In this document: piece after piece, positions 1 to 12,069 of the stretch
How positions within the stretch are numbered: position 1 is the first letter of the stretch
Layout of the letters: each line of letters begins with the position of its first letter
Origin: Sporopachydermia quercuum
Lineage: Eukaryota
Direction of reading: 5' to 3'
DNA length: 64,000 nucleotides
NCBI GenBank assembly: GCA_001599295.1
Contig: BCGN01000004.1
Span: forward strand, 500,138 to 564,137
Translations under genes and position numbers: made by a program
The notes under the pieces: generated by a model
Told to the model about the DNA's origin: nothing
The model's database searches: none
What the model saw: only the letters and a program-made list of their open reading frames with translations

Positions 1-1479
1 GTATTTGAGGTATCAAGCGAGAGAATTCAATGCTGTTAATCTTGTTAGTTGGTTACTCAATTGACAATTGATATAATAAATTAAACATCTCAATTACTAA
101 AAGAAAGAAAAAAATATATATATGGGGATATCATCAGTTTAAATAATTCATACAATTATAATCATTTAGGGAGGCTCCTCCCTATCGGGGAAACTTTCCA
201 TAGTCTGGGCCTCAGGGCCAAACTATGAGAAAAAGTTAATTTTTAAGGGAAAACTAGTTTCATCTAAGATCTGCAGGGAACCAGGCAATCAGGGAATTCG
301 ATAAACAAAGAAAGCAGTAGGAAAAAGATTAAAGTTGAAAACCTACTAAGGTTTCACTCTGGGTGCTTGTTAAAGTACTACTAGGTGATTCATAGATACT
401 GGTAATAGTATCTATAGAACTCGAGGTTGAAGAAGGAGAAGACAGTCTACTGTTGATTGATATAGGATTGGAACGATGGTAATGCTAGATGGTGTGAAGA
501 GCTGACTATTTATAGTAAAGATGAGAAAAAAATTAGGAAGCAAGTTTATTTGACTATTAATTGAATGAATCCTCGAGCAAGTTTCTATGGGATGTATATT
601 TACGGAGTTAGGCTAGATAGACATGATAGTATCTAGTAGGATGGTCGAATACAAGGCCCCAAGCTATAATGTAGTTGATCGAGCGAAGCAAAAAGAAGTC
701 GATTGAAAGATGTTGGAATCATATTAGTCAAACTGTACCGCTGTTGCATATTAGGGGTTGACAAGCTTTTGATTATTATAGATCTTTTTTTCTTTTCTCT
801 TTTCTTCTTTCTTTTTTTGATCAAGAGTCCATATTTTGCCCTTATTATGAAAATTAGGCTAAGAGTATAAAATAAAATCAGAATTAATAGAAGTATGAGA
901 AGTAGGAAGACTACCTATAAAAGGATTATTTTTTGATGATGATGAAGAAATTAGTTAAAAAAGGCTTAATTAGTAGAAAGAAAAATATGAAAAAGGGATG
1001 AAAGGAATGAATTTATTATGGGGATTTGAGGGAAAAACATAGAAAAGCGGAAGAGAGGAGAGAGAATACCTGGGAAAGATATGAATAGGGGCAGATTATG
1101 GGAAGATTTATCTAAGAAACTTTTGAAAAGGGAAGAAAAAGGCCTGAAATAGCTGGTAATGGCAATTAAGTTGGGATTTAGTGTGATGTAGGGTTAAGGT
1201 TTTCAGACTAATTGGTGATTTAAGTTGATGTAATTACCAACCAGTAGAGTTTAATGACTTTCAATAGTTATCTACTTGATCAGTAGATAATTGCCGAAAA
1301 CTGACTGGGTAATGATGACTCCTAAACAATAATTTAATAGTTCTTGGTTGTTCTCTGTTTTCGGTTGAACGATTCTCTCTTACTGGTATTTAGACTGTAA
1401 CAGAATGTGCTCAGTTGAATCCAGCTTTCATCCCCCAGGTTATTGTTACATACAAAGTATATGACTGTAGAACCAAGCT

Positions 1480-1505
1480 CAAAGAACAAAGAACAAAGAA
1501 CAAAG
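1480..1505. repeat. Short tandem repeat (CAAAGAA)x3.7
   Basis: Read directly: caaagaa caaagaa caaagaa caaag. Confidence 0.8.
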
Positions 1506-2241
1506 TTTAAGGGTTTTCAAATATTCCAGACTTTCGATTATTTAGGGAAGTCTAAGTTGCTGGTTATCTCTAGGGAGTCAAAGCAATAAATTTATGAGGA
1601 ATTGGTGATGAAGTCAAACAACGTTTTTTTAATTCACTACATAGTTATTTTGAAACTTCTTCCTAGCAACTACAACTCATATTCAATAAATGATTAGTTT
1701 CACAATAAACCTATGCGTTTATGATTAATGACTCCGTATAGAAGGTAAGTCCAGAGAGAGAAGGAAAACCATACATGGTAAATAGGGATAGTTTTAAGGT
1801 TTGCTTGATCCTAAAATAGCCGTATGGGTTAACCACTACGTCCGGGATTATACCATTCTAAGATAATCTACTCGTAAATTACATTTTTCTAGCTTTCTCA
1901 AAACAATGTATAAAGCGCTAAAGGGCCTCTTGTTATAAAATCAATTGGAATCATACCGATGCTAGTTAGACAATGAATAGCAGCTGAATGACTTCTAACA
2001 ATACATCAGAATTTTTTAAAGTTAACCTTTTCTCAAGAAGTGCTGCAAACTAATCTAATCTAATCGATCTACCGTACAGTCACCTCTCAAATGAAAGTTG
2101 GAAAGACAGAACGGTTAAACAATGAATGGGAANATTTATAGGTTTTATTAGTTTGGACTGTAAAATCAACTATATTTGTGAAGTTCTAATCTGATTATGG
2201 TAGTTTTATTCAATAAAGTTTTAACTCTAAAAAGAAACTGC

Positions 2242-2937
2242 TTAAATGAGTAAAGCAATGGCACCAGCCAAAGCAACTCCGGCAGCTCCAATTTGAAGTT
2301 GAGAGGCACCGTCAGTAGAAGAAGCAGAGTCGGAAGTAGATTCAGCGGCAGAGGTAGTAGCAGATCCGGTAGCAGATCCGGTAGCAGAACCGGAATCAGT
2401 TGCAGTCTCGTTGCTAGATCCAGAGGCAGCTTCAGTGGATGTAGTACCNGCACCAGTTAAGGAAGAGGTGGAAGAGACAGTACCGTTGGAAACAACAGTG
2501 CTGTTTGAGCCAGAAGAGCTGACAGCTGAAGAAGTGGCTGCGGCAGTTTCTTCAGAATCAGAATCAGAATCATCATCGGCATCAGCAGTAGCTTCATCTT
2601 GGCATGTGGTACCAGTCGGAGTGGTAGGATAGTTGCATTCTGCCAAAGCAGATGTCAAAGATGGGAAATAATCAGTGTATAAACACCAACCACATTCTAA
2701 ACATCCAGGAACAAGAGTAGCAAATTGGGAATCATCAGCACATAAACAGTCGGTATCACCATCTGCACATTGACGGGCAGCTAAGATGGCATAACCACAG
2801 TCAGAATGGCATTGATAACTGGCGCCTTGAGGGTTAGCCATAGCCATAGCGAAAGCCATTGGCATAGCTTCTGCTTCAGCAGAAACTAATTTGGCAGCCA
2901 GGCCAACAACAACGGAAGAAAGAATAGCAAATTGCAT
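2242..2937 (-). CDS. GPI-anchored cell-wall/adhesin-like protein with a Cys-rich N-terminal domain (resembles Candida Fgr41/Pga35 type), 231 aa
   Basis: N-terminal signal peptide; Cys-rich module (CHSDCGYAILAARQC..CLCADDSQF..CLECGWCL..C..PTGTTC); Ser/Thr-rich stalk with GSAT repeats; C-terminal DGA omega-like site followed by a hydrophobic tail. The Fgr41 resemblance is recalled, not searched. Confidence 0.88.
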   Translation of the reverse strand: MQFAILSSVVVGLAAKLVSAEAEAMPMAFAMAMANPQGASYQCHSDCGYAILAARQCADGDTDCLCADDSQFATLVPGCLECGWCLYTDYFPSLTSALAECNYPTTPTGTTCQDEATADADDDSDSDSEETAAATSSAVSSSGSNSTVVSNGTVSSTSSLTGXGTTSTEAASGSSNETATDSGSATGSATGSATTSAAESTSDSASSTDGASQLQIGAAGVALAGAIALLI

Positions 2938-4860
2938 CTCGACGGTATATTATTAAAGTCTTGTAAGTTGTAACGTTCTGTTTGCAATACTAATATTGTC
3001 TATCCTCAAAATATGTCAATTGTATAAATAGAGATTCAGACAAAAACCTTTGATTCTCCTGTGAAAAAAATGAAGAATAAAGAGAACAATCGAAGATGAA
3101 AAGAAAGTCTCATACTATTTTTCTGTTTAAACACGTTCGATGTACTGTATGAAACACAGAGCGCGGTGTATCGGTGTTTCTTCTATTCTCAACCCCATCA
3201 GGGGTAATTAACTCTCCCTTGGGGCTTGCGAGTTTCTATACAAAGAAAACAATTCTCAGAACTACCAGGGGGTTGCCAGAATTGGGTATTACCTGATATT
3301 AACCGACTGATACTATGTATAGTATGCTTACCTTGTATGTAATCATAATTCCTTGAGCTTGAAAGCAATTGGGTCTCAATATCGAGATCGAAAAGTTTTC
3401 GCGTATACATCCCTCTCTAGAGTGCAGATTTTTTTGTCTAAGGCGAGTTAGCTGGGATTATTTACTAGGGCTTAGAGTGTACGTAATGAGTCTGGAAATT
3501 CAGGGGAAGCTTAAAGCTAATTATAGAGTGTTTAGGGGAGTTGTACATGTTATTGGTCACGTGGCTAACATCGGAGTTTTGTTAAAGTGCGAGTCCTCCT
3601 TATCCTAGGATGAACTGCCGGATAACGTATGGTGGTGCAGGTCCAATAATTTTTTAATTGAAGGGAGATAATGAGGTGAGATTTGAGGTAAAAAAATAAG
3701 CATGCCATGAGATCTGAGTAGCTGATGATGGAGTTGAGTGAAAAAATTGAACATGCTAATGTTTTGAAGATACTATGGAATAGATTGATCTATTAGTTAA
3801 TATCGATGAATATAAATTCAATTCTTATGGCATTTGTTGTCTTAGTAATCATGATAAATAGAAATAGTACAGCAACCATTCAAATCTTCGGAAGTTTTTT
3901 TCTTCTAATTTAACTTACATATGCTAATGGAATTCTTTGGAAAATACCGGGAAATTCAANAATGACATGTAAAAACCACGCAGCAGTTAGAAATTACCTC
4001 TTTCAAGCAAAACTTTCTATTTTGATTATGAAATCAATTAGACCATTACCAGTTCTATTTTTGTAGTTGGTTTTTACTTTCAAATTGCTGATCGGTTATC
4101 AACAAAATTCTGGACCAGTAAATCCATACAANTTTGGTTTATTCGTTAGAGTTTATGTTGTAATCAATACATACTACTGCATATACTTGCAGTAATACTA
4201 AACTTTAAATACAAATGCTTATGATTTTTACGTGATCAAGTATTTTCAACATCTATCGAGAACAGAAAAGTGATTTACTTCTCTATTGTCCTTTCCAAAT
4301 TTTCACATGTGCTTATTCAGGATGATTATCTTAAATTGTTCTTTATGAAGTCATATGCGTACCATCAACTCTTCTCTCAATGTTCATAGCACTACTGCAT
4401 TATTAGACTTCGCAACAACCAATCGCGTTCGATGAAACTTTCTAAAGTCTGAGCTTATTTAATAAAGTTGGAGATTCCTCGCTTATTTTCGGGTAATGAA
4501 TGAAACATGAATCACGTATAGAAGAACTGTTGAAAAAACATCATTTCTATAATTTCTATATATCAAGAAAACATCTTATCGAAATGTAGTATCTAAGAAC
4601 CNGAAGATTGGCAGGCAACATATGGCTAAAAGATAATTCATTGATTGCTGCAGTGAAACCTTCTAGTTGAGCCTANCTGCTTACTTTTAATATCTACTTG
4701 TGAACCTATCTATGTCTATTATAGAACAGCCAACTTGCTATAAATGATTCTGACCCGATTGTCAGAATGTCAACAAATTTCCAATGTGTTAAATATTATA
4801 NTATGTATACAAAAATTAGGATTAGGTTAAAGAAGCCAGCTTCTGAAACTCCATTGACGT

Positions 4861-5430
4861 CTATAGCAATAGGACCGCCATTCCTAAAACGACAGCTATT
4901 GATGGTGACCTATATANATGTGATGCACCATCCAAACTTGATGTTTCAATCGTAGCTGTAGTAGAATCAGTTGTGACTTGATTTGATGTAGCTACAGTTG
5001 TACTTTCATTTGGGGCTTCAGTTGTACTTTCACTTTGAGCTTCAGTTGTACTTTCACTTAGAACTTCGGTTGTACTGCTTTCACTGATGGTAACACTTCT
5101 TAGTGTTGATTCGCTTTCAGTTGCTGTTACAATTACTGCAACAGTTTCATGAACTTCGGAAAGTGATGATCCTGCACTTGAAGTAGTAACTTCAACAATT
5201 GGATCTGTTGAAACTTCTGTTCCGATTACCGTTACTGGCTCTGGAACTTCACCATCTGTGAAACTTGTAGTGATGACCGTTGTCGTGGCACTGACTGTTG
5301 TTCTTGATGTGACGGTTGTATCTAAATCAACAGTTTCTGTTTCTGTTGTAACAATGGAATCTTGTGCTTGAACAACACATTTTGTTAGCAATAATGCTAA
5401 ACTCAGTATTATTGATTTTGATGAAAGCAT
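4861..5430 (-). CDS. Ser/Thr/Glu-rich secreted, probably GPI-anchored mannoprotein, 189 aa
   Basis: The ORF track starts at a TTG (5493). The first ATG, at 5430, gives signal peptide MLSSKSIILSLALLLTKCVVQA. The body is S/T/V/E-rich with 8-aa repeats (ESTTEVLS/ESTTEAQS/ESTTEAPN/ESTTVATS), ending in LDGAS plus the hydrophobic tail IAVVLGMAVLLL. Confidence 0.82.
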   Translation of the reverse strand: MLSSKSIILSLALLLTKCVVQAQDSIVTTETETVDLDTTVTSRTTVSATTTVITTSFTDGEVPEPVTVIGTEVSTDPIVEVTTSSAGSSLSEVHETVAVIVTATESESTLRSVTISESSTTEVLSESTTEAQSESTTEAPNESTTVATSNQVTTDSTTATIETSSLDGASHXYRSPSIAVVLGMAVLLL

Positions 5431-5687
5431 TATATTCGTTTGAATGTTTGTCTTATTTAAGAAGGTCAGATTCCTATGATTTTGAATTTTCAAGTGTATG
5501 ATTTAATTATTGAAAAATATATTATCTTCACCCACTTGTTAGTATTAAATATTGCTAAAAAGTATTAGGTTCGCTTGTAGTTGATAGTTAATCATTACAA
5601 TTAATTGATGATTGTAAAACACGAAAGGATGACAAAATAAAATTAATATTCACAACGACGGAAGAATAGTATAGTGGAAACGCCAAA

Positions 5688-5695
5688 TATTTATA
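5688..5695 (-). promoter_or_regulatory. Candidate TATA box (TATAAATA) for the 5430 gene
   Basis: Consensus match on the gene's strand, ~260 bp upstream of the ATG. The AT-rich background weakens it. Confidence 0.35.
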
Positions 5696-6671
5696 CTGCT
5701 TCCATCATTCATACCTCAATCAAAGTGAAAATTGTTCAATGAGTATCAGCTTATGTGAAACGTACTATATCAAATCGGGTAATCATTGGAAGGAAAAATT
5801 TAAGCTTTAATAATATTACTAAACCTTAAACTTTAATATCAGCATTTCCCGCAAAGCCTCCCAAGGTTGATCATTCCCTGCAGTATGAACTACTTCATTT
5901 GCTTTTCCTCTGTACTAATTATTCACTCTTTGAAGTATTAAAGTTCAAATAATTTTAGTAATAAAGAAGGCGATGATGAGCTTAATAAGATTAATATTGA
6001 ATTGTCTCGTAGGACTAAGCAGCTGCCGAAAATATTTACCGAAGTAACAGCAGTTAAGCATGAGTTATGCCATTTTGTTGGTAACGACGGGTCGCTTTTT
6101 TTTATCCTTGCTTTCGAAGATGGTCGAGTTCACATCGAAACCAAGCATTCTCGAATTCAATAGTTATGACTTCAATCGATATTCGCACAAAACANCTCGG
6201 TAATAACATGAATTGTTCTCCATTAAACAAAATATCATCATAACTATTATAAAACTTCATGTGAATAACTAATTAGGTTTTAGTTTAGAAATTGTCACTA
6301 CCCGAACCAGTTATTGTCATAAGCACCTCTACTTAAAAGGTAACCATGTATGCCCTTCTAAGGTCAAGTTTATGTTACGGTGAGTCAGCCGTAAAAATTA
6401 ACTGGGTATGATTCGCTCTCAAATACCTTTCTTTTCGGGTTCAGAGATTGCATGAAAGGCTTATTTCATAAGANACTTCAAATTAGAGTCTCAACTTATT
6501 AGGCGAGAATCAAAGTACAACCAACCNGAATTCTAAAATAGTATGTTGTAGCACCGTAAACCTCATAAAGTTCGAACCTTAATATAAACTAACTATTCAG
6601 GTAAGAGGCATTACTTTTGAGACATTAGAGTTCTCTGTGTCACAAGGTTTTAATTGTAACTGTCCTTAAAT

Positions 6672-6726
6672 ACTGGATATGTCAAACACTGGATATGTCA
6701 AACACTGGATATGTCAAACACTGGAT
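6672..6726. repeat. Minisatellite, 16-bp unit ACTGGATATGTCAAAC x3.4
   Basis: Three perfect copies (6672-6687, 6688-6703, 6704-6719) plus a partial ACTGGAT. Confidence 0.95.
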
Positions 6727-9700
6727 CTTACATTAACATGGATGATTGATTCTCAGTTACTGTTAATTGAACAATATAACAAAAAGCACAAAATCTTGTG
6801 TCATATTCTAAGTCAATCTTCATCATAAACCAAACTGTAGCTTAAATAATAGAACCACCAATGTTTCTAGCAAGAGCAATTTGCTCGAGCGAAAGTTTAA
6901 ATTTAAACTTTGGTGTAGGTGACGGGCGCTCGATTGAATCTGTCAATGTCCCAATTGAGCCACATCTGATGACACTTCGAAACATCACACTTCCAACGGA
7001 GGTAATCATGAAGATATATATTTCAAGCAACTACACGAAGAGAACTGCAGCATATATCTCAGTCAGCTTTCACATTTAGGTTGAACAGGAAACCGGTAAC
7101 TCAGTATGAAGTCAAGGTGCGGAGAATGACAAACTGATGAGCAGGTATATACCTTATCGAATGAGGAGTTTAAGACCTCTTGTTGAGTTAATTGTGTTCG
7201 GCTTCTCGAAGAAAAATGATCAAACGGACTTGCTTGTTTCCAGAGCACCTTTGGTTATATAAGTAATTTCTACGCTCTACCCTAATAAAATTAGAGATAC
7301 AGTAATACTATAAAGAATACTATGTGTGTATGTATGATGGTTATTGTTCATGGAGTACTTCTGTGTTTGGGGATGATTGATCATAAAAGCTCCATACCAG
7401 TATAAAAGAGTGAATATTCATGTCGGACTTTGTAGGGGCCAATTTTTTTCTATTCGATTGTTAAGCAACAAAAGATTGAATATTCCCAGTAGTTCATATT
7501 ACTGTTTTCATCGGTACTGTGAACTACTGCAAAACTACCTTCAATCTTCATAGTCGTAGCATCAATCATCAATACCTGTTCCAATTATTTAAAGATCTTT
7601 CGGTATACCCACTTCTCCTATTCAAAGTATATGAATCTCACCTGACTGCCCGCTCATTTTCATGATCATTTGGATCGTCCTTGTGGGATATTTTCGATGG
7701 CACGTCGAAATCATTAGAAAATCCCAGAAAACATGGAGGCAGTAATATTGTTACTGTCATGATAAATAGAGTCAATAACAGCTTCTCATGGTGGAGACAG
7801 GTAGTGAGTGAGTGGGGCATAAATGACATAGATAATAGAAAGAAGGTACAAAGAATGAAATTAAGGTTCAAGTTAGAAGCTTAATCATTTTCCCTAAGCG
7901 AACAAAAACCGAAAAGCTGGCTGAATAGAGCGACAAGGAGATGCGCTTACTTTCTATTTCACATGTTTTCTCATCGTTTGAACAAGCGAGGTGATGTTCC
8001 AGTTAGTTATTNTGATTATACATTAAATAATTCAGGTCAAATCATCGTGATTGATTATATTACTATGGAGAGTCTAAGCTGTTGCCTTAAAGGATTACTA
8101 CTTATGATTTGATGCGATTGCAACAATAAGTAGTAACAATGAGGCCAACACAGAGAATGTATTTAAGCTTGAAATGAATTATCAATTACCGCATGCTTAA
8201 ACTTTTGTTGGATGATGAANCTCTGGTTGCGTCAAAGCTATGCTCGAGAACTTTTTCGGTACTTTCTCCAAACATATCCTCAATCAGTTTAACTGTGATA
8301 GCACTCCAGCAATNCAAGGGAAAGTAACCAGCTTTATCTTTGCAGATTGAAATTTCTCCAACCTCGTAGATTTAGAAACAATGGTTTTTGTTGCTTGTAA
8401 ATAAATTATCACACACACACACTGATGCCGTTCTGTCAGCTCAATACCAAAATTAAGATTAGAGTTTAAGCTAAGGTTTGCTAAACCTAAACACACTTCT
8501 CGTATTAACAGCAATGGCTACCAAATACATGATGGAGAACTGACTGTTTTCAACAGACAGGAGTAAGTCACATTACCAGNGAGTCAAGCTGTTCTCTTGT
8601 TAANCCACATTGTTTTTCATTTCTCTTCATAATCGATTTATTTCTTCGAGGCAAATATGAAGAGAGTTCTTTTATGTTGAACCTTAATTTCANTTCATCT
8701 GAGCATGAAGCCTNAAAGTTGGTTAGTTGGAATGTCAGCGTTTTCAGATCACACTATATATAGTATTTTGTATAATCTAATACACAGAAAAAGGCAGAAT
8801 ATAANTGCAACCATCCGCAAATACTGTTCTCCCCTAGTTCTTTTTCTCAGAGTTTCAGCACTTTTTTGCCAACAGATCTCACTATGTATCAACCACAGGC
8901 AACACCCATTCCTCTTCCTTACTCTGAAAACGTTGAAACTTTAAGCTTTATTCATGCATAATGATGTCATAAAAATAACATGGAAAACTCTTTATATCTT
9001 TTCCAGTGTATAAATCATTGGAGAATAGATTACACGCCAAAACTTTTGACAATATATTAAACAACATATATAACTAACGCCTTTTCCTTTTATGAGGCTG
9101 AACTTTCNACAATTGTAATAGGAAGCTTTTGAATCCATGTCACTTCCCCACTGATGTTCTTTGTCTCGTGACTTCCCTATTACTAATGTTAAAAAATGTG
9201 TGACATGCATGTCCTAGATTCCAGCTCCCCCGGTCACACAACAAAAGCTCTGAACAATTGGATCAGAGTTCGTAAACACGCTGATGTTTACGAACTCTCA
9301 CTCGAACAAAGTAATTTCAAAGAAAAAAAAATCTTCCTTCAAGCTAACCTATCCATTGACTTACAACAAGCAATTATGAGTAGTCTCAAAGCTTCCTACA
9401 AGCACTACAAACCATTTCGAGCTCTGTAATATTTCTCTCCTCTCCAGAACGACTTCCCTGTAGTTGTTACTTAACAATTGTCACACATTCCCTGACCAAC
9501 CCCATGTCTCTCTCAAATCACATGTCTTGCTATATTTTTGTGTAGAACTTAATTCCCTGAACCAGCTGACAATTTCCTCTTTGTCGCCTTTAATATCGGA
9601 AGTTCTTTTCCTATTGTTATATTATCAGTTCGATCACTATTCAGTATTTATTATTCTTTCTTGCGTATTACCATAACAACAACAATAATAGTAAACCTCA

Positions 9701-9992
9701 CCAGTAATATTTCCACTATCCTCACATCAGATTTGCTTTTCAACTGGTTGTCACTTGATCCTCAACCTTGTCACTCCACAGATTTAGTGTTACCTAAACA
9801 GAGAAACCAAAGGAAAACTGATAAACAAAACACATCGTCACTATCATCAAGTGCTATTCAAATACTATCAATCAAGTGCAGTGAGACCAGTGACAAATGC
9901 TCATTGAAGGCCATTTTTTTGTTAAATAAGAAGAAATTGTCATACGACATATAGTCAATTACACATTTCCAGTTGATTGAAATATCTCAGCA

Positions 9993-12069
9993 ATGGCACA
10001 AGAAGAATACGTCAGGTAAGTAATTATTTTAATAATCATTTTGGATGCAATAGGCAAAGGGCAAATCGAATAGAAAACAGTCTGATTGAGATATTTTGTA
10101 GTTGTAACGAGACTTATATGGAAATTGGTGTGATATATTGAAATTGTATATTTTTGCAGTAATTGGTGTAAGAATAGGAGCAAGAATAGCAGTGAGCGCT
10201 GGTTTGAAGAATAGTATGAGATAAAAACATGAGTTTATGAAGGATTTACTTTTCATAAAGACAAGCAGAATATGATGAACAATGGGCTTATTAGATAGGG
10301 AAACACCGAGTATCGTTGGTGAAATGGTGCGTTTTATACCCCAGGAATTTTGGACAATCAATACATATGGCAGATTATTGATACGAAATGGATATCCGAG
10401 TATTTGAGTTATGATATTTATGACTAGTGTGACGTGCTCCAACAACATGAATCGTGGAGGTTATGAATGATTTTACGCCTAAATCAACTGTCAGTGGGAG
10501 CGGATATTAGCTGCAGCACTAACCGTAGAATTATTATCGCATACGTCAAATGACATAAGGGTTAAAGTGTGACTATCAACATGGCTTGAAGTCCTACAAA
10601 CAATATAACAAATACAGTCAATTAAACTGTCCGGATCGATTTTCCACGCTCTGATTAGTGTTTTCTACGCCCCAAAATCTTTCAATCTTACTATTCATGA
10701 AATACCCACCTTTTGATCAACTCTTGTATCACATCACTATCACCTCAGATCATCATGTCTGCTGTTCTTCTGTTACTTTCTAAACAAATCAGCTAATGGC
10801 AATTTCCAATATTCAGTCACGTCATCTGTCATAGAACACTCTTTTTCATGTCCTTTCCAACACTTCCTCAACAAAAACTATTCATATTCTGCTGTTTCTC
10901 TCACACTGTTTATGCTATGCCTGTTTTTCATGTTTTCTATTCCCTTTGTTCTCATTCAACACATNTCCCTTGTTTTTGCAACTAACAACTAACATCTATT
11001 CAGAGTCCAAATATTTGGCACGGTGTTTGAAATAACTACACGATATACCGACCTAAACCCAGTAGGTATGGGAGCTTTCGGTCTAGTATGCTCAGCCAAA
11101 GATCAACTCACAGGAAGAAACGTGGCAATCAAAAAAATTATGAAACCTTTCAGTACCGCAGTTCTAGCCAAAAGAACCTACAGAGAATTAAAACTGTTGA
11201 AACGTTTACGTCACGAGAATTTGATTTCCTTAGAAGATATCTTCTTTTCTCCTTTAGAGGATATTTATTTTGTTACAGAGCTTCAAGGAACAGATCTACA
11301 TAGATTACTCACTTCCAGACCTTTAGAAAAACAATTCATACAATACTTTCTCTATCAAATTCTCCGCGGGTTGAAATACGTCCATTCAGCTGGAGTCATT
11401 CATCGTGATTTAAAACCATCAAATATTCTCATCAATGAAAACTGTGATTTGAAAATATGTGATTTTGGTTTAGCAAGAATTCAGGATCCTCAAATGACAG
11501 GCTATGTCTCAACCAGATATTACAGAGCACCAGAAATTATGCTGACCTGGCAAAAATACGATACTGAAGTTGATATTTGGTCGGTTGGTTGTATATTTGC
11601 GGAAATGATTGAAGGAAAACCATTATTCCCAGGCAAAGATCATGTTCATCAGTTTTCTATCATCACTGAATTGTTAGGATCACCACCAGAAGATGTGATT
11701 GAAACAATTTGCTCAGAAAACACTTTGAGGTTTGTTCAATCTTTACCACACCGTGAGAAAGTTCCATTCAGTGAAAGATTCCAAAACGTTGAACCAGAAG
11801 CAGTTGATTTATTAGAAAAAATGCTTGTATTTGATCCTAGAAAGAGGATTTCTGCTGCAGAGGCTTTAGCCCATCCTTACCTTGCTCCTTACCATGATCC
11901 TAGCGACGAGCCTGTTGCTGAGGAGAAGTTTGATTGGACATTCAATGACGCTGAATTGCCAATAGATACATGGAGAGTTATGATGTATTCAGAGATTCTT
12001 GATTTCCATCATGTTGATGTTGATGGTAATAATAGTAGTAATGGTGAAGTAGTTGAAGGTCAAACATGA
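9993..12069 (+). CDS. HOG1: Stress-activated MAP kinase Hog1; exons 9993-10015 and 11004-12069; 362 aa
   Basis: TGY activation motif ([15 protein letters not shown]), [19 protein letters not shown] and the YHDPSDEP docking motif. Splicing gives the N-terminus [19 protein letters not shown], matching the conserved Hog1 start (R-x-QIFGTxFEIT). Confidence 0.97.
10016..11003 (+). other. HOG1: Spliceosomal intron of HOG1 (988 nt, phase 2)
   Basis: GTAAGT donor at 10016; tandem ACTAAC branch motifs at 10981-10986 and 10988-10993, preceded by a pyrimidine-rich tract; CAG acceptor at 11001-11003. The join AG+A gives Arg and keeps the frame. Confidence 0.88.

Noticed and set aside
6672..6726. 16-bp repeats as a CRISPR-like or telomeric array
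   Set aside because: Head-to-tail copies without spacers, eukaryotic context, only ~3 internal units; no way to link them to this species' telomere repeat from this window.
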